Source of the DNA: a virus
Length of the DNA stretch: 41,847 bases
IMG/VR virus record: IMGVR_UViG_3300031953_000042
Reading direction: 5' to 3' (one strand)
The translations under genes and the position numbers were made by a program. The stretch's first letter is position 1, and every line of letters starts with the position of its first letter. Positions 1 through 6,826 of this stretch are shown here, piece by piece. The notes under the pieces are model-generated. The model did no database searches, was not told where the DNA came from, and was given only the letters and a program-made list of their open reading frames with translations.

Positions 1-127
1 GGGGCGGGGCTCGCGGCCGTGCTTAGTTTATTCGCCGGCCGGTTTGATCGGTGCGAGCCATGAAAGCCACGGCGTGTTGCTAATCAACGCATTGACGGCG
101 GGTTGCGCCATAATCTGCGCGAGCAGT
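1..127. repeat. Terminal overlap copy 1, identical to 41721-41847 (circular closure of the contig)
   Basis: Read by eye, bases 1-127 (ggggcggggctcgcggccgtgcttag...gcgagcagt) recur exactly at 41721-41847. The repeat cuts through the 3' end of a CDS. Confidence 0.95.
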
Positions 128-429
128 TTCGCGCCAAGAGAGAGCACAACGGCGGCCGCGTTGAAGCCAATCACCAGCCACGCGTAAACGGGCCCGAGCA
201 GCGTTTCCAAGCTTGGCGCCACGTCGGGACTAATCAGAAATGCGTACACGATCGGAACCGCGACGTTGATTCCGAGCAACCACGGGATTGCGGATTGTAC
301 GAACGTGCGCCAACTTGTGCGCTTAGGGTTCGCGACCTGAGTCGGCACCCCGTCGTTTTGGATGCCGCTCGCGGTGAGAGCGGCGGGGACAATCACCAGT
401 TGATCGGCGGTTGCTTTTGCGGGTGTCAT
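28..429 (-). CDS. Holin-like membrane protein (2 predicted TM helices)
   Basis: ATG at 429 overlaps the endolysin stop (ATGA at 426-429). Hydrophobic stretches are FVQSAIPWLLGINVAVPIVYAFLI and LLGPVYAWLVIGFNAAAVVLSLGA. It lies immediately downstream of the endolysin. The longer track ORF (to 507) has an Arg-rich, non-protein-like N-terminus. Confidence 0.6.
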   Translation of the reverse strand: MTPAKATADQLVIVPAALTASGIQNDGVPTQVANPKRTSWRTFVQSAIPWLLGINVAVPIVYAFLISPDVAPSLETLLGPVYAWLVIGFNAAAVVLSLGAKLLAQIMAQPAVNALISNTPWLSWLAPIKPAGE

Positions 430-1412
430 TCGGTGTCCTTTCGTCCGGTTATTTTGTTGATGATTTTCGCGAGTGCGGCGAACAATGCCACGATAGCGGC
501 CCCCCAATTCGGCGCGGGCTTCGGCGCGGGGATCTCCGGTTTCGGTGTTGGCTCCGGTTCGACGGGCTCGGCCGGTTCGACGGGCTCCGGCTCGATCGGG
601 TCGGGCGTCGGTTCGGGCTCGACGGGCGTCGGCTCCGGCTCCGGCTCCGGCTCAACGACGACCGGGGGTTCCGGTTCCGGTTCCGGCGTCGGTGTTGGCG
701 TCGGTGTTGGCGTTGGCGTCGGAACAGGTGCCGGCGCCACCGTCTTGTCCTTTATGTCGTGCCCGTGAATCTCGGTGAATCCGCCGGCATTAGCCCAGCC
801 GCCGGTTGCCGCGATTTCATACCAGACGCGCGTTCCGTTGTTGAGAGAACCGTCGGTGACGAATCCCGATATTTCGACAATCTGCGCCGGCGCTAATACC
901 GTGTGAAGCTTCGCGGCCGCGTTCGGTGAGACCCGCACGTTGACCGCTGAGTCTCCGCTGACTTGTCGTTGTGTGCGAGTCGGGCCCGGCGCGTTGATCT
1001 TCACAACGTTCCCGCCGTTCGTCGCCGACCAACCTAGGAACTGAAGTTTCGCGCGTGCCTGAAAGTCGGCATGTGAGACCCGGCCAATGTTGCGGGAGAC
1101 CCCGCCGAAGTGATCGGAGATATGCCGTGAGCCCATAATCCAAACCCCGCCGCCCTCATAGATCGCGACGTGATCGTCGGTGCCCCACAACCAGTACCCG
1201 ATCGCGCCGACGGGCGCCGTTCCCAGATCGGGGTTGAGCCAACCGGAAGCGAGTCGAGCAGCGCGCGCGGTTCCGTAGGTGCGAAGCCAACCGCCGGAGA
1301 CAACCGAAACGCGAGCGACGGCCGCTTGGCACCACATGTTCCACTCTTCAACACCGCCGCCGGACGGGTTGTATTTCTGAAAGAACTCGCGAAGCTCCGC
1401 GACGGTGCTCAC
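426..1412 (-). CDS. Endolysin: N-terminal Cys/His peptidase (CHAP / NlpC-P60-like), SH3-like middle domain, PT/PE-rich linker and C-terminal hydrophobic anchor
   Basis: GTG start in a GTGA overlap with the upstream mini-ORF. NMWCQAAV (Cys28) and DDHVAIYEGG (His81) resemble the CHAP/NlpC-P60 catalytic pair. VRVSPN...VWYEIAATGGWANAG looks like an SH3b fold. The linker spans aa 226-302, followed by NWGAAIVALFAALAKIINKI and a basic tail. Confidence 0.75.
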   Translation of the reverse strand: MSTVAELREFFQKYNPSGGGVEEWNMWCQAAVARVSVVSGGWLRTYGTARAARLASGWLNPDLGTAPVGAIGYWLWGTDDHVAIYEGGGVWIMGSRHISDHFGGVSRNIGRVSHADFQARAKLQFLGWSATNGGNVVKINAPGPTRTQRQVSGDSAVNVRVSPNAAAKLHTVLAPAQIVEISGFVTDGSLNNGTRVWYEIAATGGWANAGGFTEIHGHDIKDKTVAPAPVPTPTPTPTPTPTPEPEPEPPVVVEPEPEPEPTPVEPEPTPDPIEPEPVEPAEPVEPEPTPKPEIPAPKPAPNWGAAIVALFAALAKIINKITGRKDTE

Positions 1413-1513
1413 TTGTCGCCACCGTTCGGGGTGTACTCGCCGTCAATTTCCGGGTCATAGAACGCGCCAACTTCGGGCACGGATTCCGGGGCGTCGTTTG
1501 GTTTTGTAGACAT
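1409..1513 (-). CDS. Hypothetical 34-aa acidic protein (below the ORF-track cutoff)
   Basis: ATG at 1513 is preceded by GAGGAAA. It translates to MSTKPNDAPESVPEVGAFYDPEIDGEYTPNGGDK. Its TGA overlaps the endolysin GTG (GTGA). Confidence 0.5.
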   Translation of the reverse strand: MSTKPNDAPESVPEVGAFYDPEIDGEYTPNGGDK

Positions 1514-1532
1514 GCTGGGTTTCCTCTTTCTG

Positions 1533-1850
1533 TTATGCGGTGGGTTCTGCGGTGGGTTCCCACACGGCTAGAACTGCAGCCGCGAGTTGGGAATCTGTAA
1601 CCGCCGCCGGGTTCATTCCCGGCCGGGGCGGAAGTGCGTCGACCGCGATTTGATACTGCCCCGCGGCGTAAGCGTGAACCGACGTGAGTGTCGTCCCCGC
1701 GCTGATTTCTGTCGAGACCAACCGCCCCACGTTCGACTCGACGAAGCTCGCCGGGTTCGGGATGTGCGCTTGCTCGGCCGCTGCGACAAGCCGCGCGGTG
1801 AGGTCTTCGTCGTCGCGTGCGGCCATGTGTTGCGCTGTTGTGTCTGCCAT
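1533..1850 (-). CDS. Hypothetical protein between tail fibre and lysis genes
   Basis: ATG at 1850 with GGGGGAA upstream. The 105-aa product has protein-like composition and sits in the same operon. Confidence 0.6.
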   Translation of the reverse strand: MADTTAQHMAARDDEDLTARLVAAAEQAHIPNPASFVESNVGRLVSTEISAGTTLTSVHAYAAGQYQIAVDALPPRPGMNPAAVTDSQLAAAVLAVWEPTAEPTA

Positions 1851-1858
1851 GATTCCCC

Positions 1859-3799
1859 CTAGATTTTGATGATGCTGTTTAGAACGATGTACGGCGGAAG
1901 ATTCGAGGTCGAATCGGTCAAACCCTCAATCGATGCGCCGGCGGTTGCCGTGGATGACGAACCGCCGGGAGCAGTAATTCCGCCGCTGTTGGTTGCCGTC
2001 CATACCGGGACAGTTCCGCCGCGACTCTTCCAAAAACCAACCCACACGGCAGCGACCGCTTGCGTCAATGAGTGGGTGTGCGCCTTAGCGCCGCCGGTTT
2101 CGCCGAGCGTGTCGAACTCGGTCTGAGTTGAGTCGAACCCGACGGAGACCCGGCCGCGTTTGTTCGGAATGTTGAAGTGACTAACGTCGGCCGCGCCGTG
2201 AGCAGTTCCGAGCGCCGCGAACAGTGCCGGATACGCCGAACGAAGCAACGAACGCCCGTCACAAAACAACCAACCGGCGGGCTCTACGGCTCCGGCGAAG
2301 TCCATCGTCGAACCCGACGGAATCAGCAACGCGAGCGTGGCCGAGTCCGCGACGGCTTTCCCGTCGTTCTGGTATATCTGCCCCTTGGCATCGATCGAGC
2401 CTTGCTCCCAATACTTGCCGACGGCCATTCCTTGCCCGGCTCCGGCGAAGTGGATAAACACGCCGGCGGTTGTGATCGTGGCATTGATGTAAAGCACGCC
2501 GCCGAGCACGTCGGAAAGAATCAACTGCAAGTCGTAAGACGTTCCGACGCTATAGACACCGAACTCGAAGTGGTTCGCGTAAGCGATCGCGCCGGGGGTC
2601 TCGGTATGTACCGCCGTGCCCCAGTCCGTTGTTCCCCGAACCCGGGTGAAAGCGTTGATCGTTAGCGCGTTCTTTTCCACGGCCGCAACCGTGAGAGATT
2701 GCGCGGCCGCGGTTAGATCGGCACGAATGTAGGTGCCGTTCTCGTCAACGGTTCCACCGGAGAGAGAGCGCCGGAACTGTGCTGCAGACATAGCCGGAAG
2801 CGAATACGCGAGCACGGTCACGGTTACAGTCTCGGAGTGCGTGCGGCCGCGGGAGTCGGTCACGGTTCCCACAAGAGCAACGGAACCGCTCACGCCGATC
2901 GGGTCGGGTGTTGTTCCGGCCTGTGCGTTGATTGTCTGCGCGCCCACCGTGATCTTGTAACTAGCGACCGTTGCCGAGTACGGGGCGGTCGCCGACGTAA
3001 TGGCCAGCGCTAGTTTCGTGAAGCCCTGAACATAACCCCCAATTGCGGTGCCGACGGCGGTCACGGTTTCCGCGTGTGTGATCGTGCCGAAGTCGGGCTC
3101 GAAAGCGGCGCCGGCGGGGACTCCGAGCGTGAGCACTTTCGTTGTCGTGCCGATCAGCGTCGCACCGTTGTACGTCTTCGTTGTCACCGTAAGCGGCCCC
3201 GAGGTCGCGTTCGGCATTTCGTTCAGCAACGCAAGCGGGAACGTGAACGCCGTCGAAGCGCCAACGCCCGACGCGATCGGCTGAGCGGTGAGCCCGCCGA
3301 ATGCGTAACTCATTTCATGCGTGAAGCCGCTCGAGGCTCGGTTCGTGTTGAGAGTGACCTCCACGCCGGCGTCGGCGCTTGTGACCGTTGAACCCGCAAC
3401 CGCGAACGTGACGTTGGAAGCTCGCGGAATCGTTGAGAGAGTGAGCGAACCCGCCGCGGTGCCGGCGCCGAGTTGCCCCAAAACGTCGTTGAACGTTCCC
3501 GAAACGCTGAGCGTCTTCGAGCCGTCGGCATTGTGACCGACTACGAACGTGCCAGACCACAAGAGCAGCAGCGAGTAAGACCGAAAGTCGTAGGTGAAAA
3601 CACCGGAGAAAGCGCCGCCCGTGTTACCAGAGAACGAATCGTTCGAGTAAGTCCAATAACCCGAACCGGAGAGCTTGCGAATGTAAAGCGCCCCGTCGAC
3701 TTCCGACGTGTTGCCGGGAATGCTGATACTTCCCGTATCTTCGTCCGCGTAAAGCTCGAGGCGGTACTTCGAGCCAAGCGCCGCAAAATATGTAGCCAT
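1859..3799 (-). CDS. Tail fibre / receptor-binding protein with C-terminal phage tail-collar domain
   Basis: The C-terminus GWLFCDGRSLLRSAYPALFAALG...FNIPNKRGRV...GGAKAHTHSL...NLPPY matches the tail-collar (PF07484-type) pattern. The middle is Thr/Ala/Gly-rich and beta-like. TAATG junction with the upstream gene. Confidence 0.8.
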   Translation of the reverse strand: MATYFAALGSKYRLELYADEDTGSISIPGNTSEVDGALYIRKLSGSGYWTYSNDSFSGNTGGAFSGVFTYDFRSYSLLLLWSGTFVVGHNADGSKTLSVSGTFNDVLGQLGAGTAAGSLTLSTIPRASNVTFAVAGSTVTSADAGVEVTLNTNRASSGFTHEMSYAFGGLTAQPIASGVGASTAFTFPLALLNEMPNATSGPLTVTTKTYNGATLIGTTTKVLTLGVPAGAAFEPDFGTITHAETVTAVGTAIGGYVQGFTKLALAITSATAPYSATVASYKITVGAQTINAQAGTTPDPIGVSGSVALVGTVTDSRGRTHSETVTVTVLAYSLPAMSAAQFRRSLSGGTVDENGTYIRADLTAAAQSLTVAAVEKNALTINAFTRVRGTTDWGTAVHTETPGAIAYANHFEFGVYSVGTSYDLQLILSDVLGGVLYINATITTAGVFIHFAGAGQGMAVGKYWEQGSIDAKGQIYQNDGKAVADSATLALLIPSGSTMDFAGAVEPAGWLFCDGRSLLRSAYPALFAALGTAHGAADVSHFNIPNKRGRVSVGFDSTQTEFDTLGETGGAKAHTHSLTQAVAAVWVGFWKSRGGTVPVWTATNSGGITAPGGSSSTATAGASIEGLTDSTSNLPPYIVLNSIIKI

Positions 3800-6048
3800 T
3801 AGTTGAGAGCCCTCATAACTGTGCCTTTCACTCCGGCGGGTGCCGCCTCAAACTTGTGAGCTCCTAGAACTACCTGTTCGCCGACGAACTGTTCGGCGTA
3901 CATGACGCCACCTTGCCACCGGGCGAGAACTGTCAGACCGTCGCGGGCTTCGATGCTTTCGTTGTCGATCGCGAAAGCAAGGGGCGAGCCCGGCTGACTG
4001 ATTCGGAGTTCGTCGGGCGTGAAGTCGTACCGTTGACGCAAGTCGGCGAGTTCCGACGTTGTGTCGCCTAGATCGCTCGCAACTTCCGCTATCTCGCCAA
4101 CGACAAGGCTGATCGATTCGTTGGCGCTAATGTCTAGGGCTCCACCGACGCCGGCCGCAATATGCCGCACTTCGATAGCGCCGGCCGTGATCGTGTTCGC
4201 CGTGACCGTGTTCGCGATAAGGTCGGCGCCGTCAATGCCGACGACTTCGACTTCGGTCGCTTCCGAGAGAGCCGACTCGCGGCCGAGCCGGTCGATTGCA
4301 GAGAGCCGAAACCACCAGACCGAACCGACGCCGAGCCCGATCAAACTCATTCGCTCGGAACCTTTGAACAGAGTCCCGACCAGTGAGTACTCTCCGTCTT
4401 CGGCCGTGCTCATGTAGGCGTTGATCTGTTGGAAGTGTGCCGGCGGGAACGTCACCGGGTCGGTGTCGAACGTTCCCGGCCACCTGAGCTCAACAACCCC
4501 GTTGTTTGATGTTCCTGTTGGTCGGGTCGGTGCTTCGAGCGCGAACGTTGGCTGCGCCATAGTGACCGCAACTTCCGCGCTGAACGCACCCCACACGCCG
4601 TTCTTCGATTGCGCTCGCACTTTGATAAGCCAAGCCGTTAGCGGGTTGAACGGGGAAGCGCTCGCCGCGTTCGTCGTCGTCGTTGTGAGTGCGTTCGACT
4701 CGGTGGCGCCGTCGTTGGGGCGTCCCCAAAGTTCATACGCCGCAACGTCAATCGCGACGTCGTTCGTTCCTTGTGTAACTTCCGTCCACGTCGCGCCGAT
4801 CTGTGCGAGCGGAATCCCGCCATCTGACCAGTACCCCGCCGAACCCACAACCAACCCGGCCGGCGCTTTCGGCGCTCGACGGTCTTCGGTCGATGGAACC
4901 CCGCCGGAACCCGAAGCGGAAGAGCCGCCGACAATGCCCGAGGTTCTCTTCGCGACCCGTGCGAGCAAGTCCAAGAAACGGTCGTTTAGAACAGGGGTGA
5001 CGGTGATCGCGCCGGAGTTGTTTTTCAGAACTACCAGTTCGGCAACGCGCACACGCTCCCAATCGCCGGCGAGCCAAAGCAGAACCCAATCGGCGGGGAA
5101 GTAGTGACGCCACGGCAACGACTCGGCGTTCTCGGCCTGTTCGCTCGCGGTGATCTGCCGGCGTACTTCCTTGCCGAGCGTTAGCCGCTGTTGTGCCAAT
5201 AGCTCGGCGGTGCCCTCGTCGCTCACTCCGCCCTGTTGGATAGCGACGCGCAACGCTCCCAGCTCGGTTACGGCGCCGACGTTCGTCACTGAGTGAGTAA
5301 ACCCGTCTTCACCGAAGAGAACGGCATCCGTCGCCAAGTCATCCAGCGATCGCTTTACGGGGGTTGTTGTCGCGAGCCGGCCGACACGGGTCGGGGCGTC
5401 GCCCGTGCTCCGGTCGGTGCCGTGCTCCGGGTTCCACAGGTGAATCGTGCGGCCGGCCGTGCTGAACTCGACAACACCCTGATCGATCAAGTTTCTGAGC
5501 ACAACCCACGCGCTAGTTCCGGGGGCGTACTGAATAGTGAGTTGTTCGGCCCAAGGGATGCCGGCGGAATCGTGCGTGGCCGTGAAGTCGTAAGAGAGTT
5601 CAACGCCCCAACCGAGCGCCTGTTCTTCGTCGATGATCGTTTTGAAGATCGCGCCGGGCGTCGAAGAGTTGAACGGGCGGTGGCCGTTCACAAGGTCGGC
5701 TAGATCGGGCGGGTTTTCTACGATCGCTTTCGCGAGCTTCCACGGGACAAGTTGCGCACCCTGTAGAGAGTGAGCGCCGGCGGGGTCGGTGTCGTCGTCG
5801 TTGTCGGTGTTCAGCAGAAAGCGACAATCGGGCGGCTCTACCCACGCGGCGTCGGCGTCGTTCCAATACTCGAGCGCGGCTTCAACGATCGTGGGCAACT
5901 TGCCGTAGATCGCTTGCGAAACCTGAGCGCGCAAAACCGACGGCGAACCGTTCGGGATAGTGGCGCCGAGCGTTTCCGTTGTGACCGTGCCGACACGATC
6001 GCCGGCGGGAACGTAGCGAACTAGGCGAAGATCAAACCTCGTAAGCAT
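3799..6048 (-). CDS. Minor tail protein (Tal-like baseplate/tip protein, probable FN3-like repeats)
   Basis: 749 aa, positioned directly after Dit. FN3-like segments (PKAPAGLVVGS...AYELWGRP, and PTRPTG...VELRWPG). ATG at 6048 with AAGGGG upstream. Confidence 0.7.
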   Translation of the reverse strand: MLTRFDLRLVRYVPAGDRVGTVTTETLGATIPNGSPSVLRAQVSQAIYGKLPTIVEAALEYWNDADAAWVEPPDCRFLLNTDNDDDTDPAGAHSLQGAQLVPWKLAKAIVENPPDLADLVNGHRPFNSSTPGAIFKTIIDEEQALGWGVELSYDFTATHDSAGIPWAEQLTIQYAPGTSAWVVLRNLIDQGVVEFSTAGRTIHLWNPEHGTDRSTGDAPTRVGRLATTTPVKRSLDDLATDAVLFGEDGFTHSVTNVGAVTELGALRVAIQQGGVSDEGTAELLAQQRLTLGKEVRRQITASEQAENAESLPWRHYFPADWVLLWLAGDWERVRVAELVVLKNNSGAITVTPVLNDRFLDLLARVAKRTSGIVGGSSASGSGGVPSTEDRRAPKAPAGLVVGSAGYWSDGGIPLAQIGATWTEVTQGTNDVAIDVAAYELWGRPNDGATESNALTTTTTNAASASPFNPLTAWLIKVRAQSKNGVWGAFSAEVAVTMAQPTFALEAPTRPTGTSNNGVVELRWPGTFDTDPVTFPPAHFQQINAYMSTAEDGEYSLVGTLFKGSERMSLIGLGVGSVWWFRLSAIDRLGRESALSEATEVEVVGIDGADLIANTVTANTITAGAIEVRHIAAGVGGALDISANESISLVVGEIAEVASDLGDTTSELADLRQRYDFTPDELRISQPGSPLAFAIDNESIEARDGLTVLARWQGGVMYAEQFVGEQVVLGAHKFEAAPAGVKGTVMRALN

Positions 6049-6826
6049 TGCGGCCCCTTACTTCAATTGTGGGTGAGCCCGTGCGCGCTGAACTCGTAAC
6101 CGTGAGCACGGCGGCGCGGGTGTCGGGGTCGGTGAATGCCGGAGTGAGTTCGAGAAAGTAAGAGCCCGGCCCGGTGTTGATCTTCCCGGTTACTTCGGTG
6201 CCACCAGTCCAAGTGTCGGTGGCGGTGAGCCATGCGCGGCCGCTCTCGGAGTCGAAGCGAAGCCATTCGCCGGCGGCGAGCACGTCGGTGTATCCGAAGA
6301 AAGAGCCCTGCGAATCGGTCGCGACTAGGTTCGTGGCTCCACCTTTGACACGAATCACCGCGTCCCGCACGGGGGCGGATAGACCAGCGAGCGCCGACAC
6401 CGCGACGGAACCCGAACTGAGAGCGGCCGCCGCGGTCGTCGTTGCCGCTGTATCGCGCCAAAACACGCCGGGGGTACGGAACAACGCGGTTAGTTCCACA
6501 ATCTCGTCTTCGGGCCCGTAGCCGACCGGGGAGAGCGTCAACAGTTCGAGCGCGGCTTCGGCACCGGGGAAGTTCGAGTCGGTGAGGATAAGACCCGGCC
6601 GCCGTATAAGCGCCCGTAACGCCTGTAGATTCGCGCGGGGTGTCTCTATGACTAGCGGGAACGTTGGCGCCGCTACACGCCGAGCGGGAAGCGGAACGAA
6701 CCCGTCCCGGCCGGCCGCGACAATGTTCGTTAGTTCGAGTTCCGTCACCGTCAACGGTTGAGACTCTTCGCCGACAAGCCAGCCGCGGGTTTCGTCGTCG
6801 AGCGCGACCCCGTTCAGACTAAACAT
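6032..6826 (-). CDS. Distal tail protein (Dit-like)
   Basis: 264 aa immediately after the tape measure gene. Synteny is conserved with siphovirus tail-tip modules. Confidence 0.65.
   Translation of the reverse strand: MFSLNGVALDDETRGWLVGEESQPLTVTELELTNIVAAGRDGFVPLPARRVAAPTFPLVIETPRANLQALRALIRRPGLILTDSNFPGAEAALELLTLSPVGYGPEDEIVELTALFRTPGVFWRDTAATTTAAAALSSGSVAVSALAGLSAPVRDAVIRVKGGATNLVATDSQGSFFGYTDVLAAGEWLRFDSESGRAWLTATDTWTGGTEVTGKINTGPGSYFLELTPAFTDPDTRAAVLTVTSSARTGSPTIEVRGRNAYEV

Noticed and set aside
103-768. Plus-strand ORF encoding a GSGSTGSAGSTGSGS... Gly/Ser repeat protein
   Set aside because: It is the reverse-complement reading of the endolysin PE/PT linker and the holin gene. The low-complexity repeat is a mirror artefact, not a separate gene.
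1859-6048. Diversity-generating retroelement or hypervariable repeat in the tail fibre genes
   Set aside because: There is no reverse transcriptase anywhere in the genome, and I could not find a template/variable repeat pair near the fibre C-terminus by eye.
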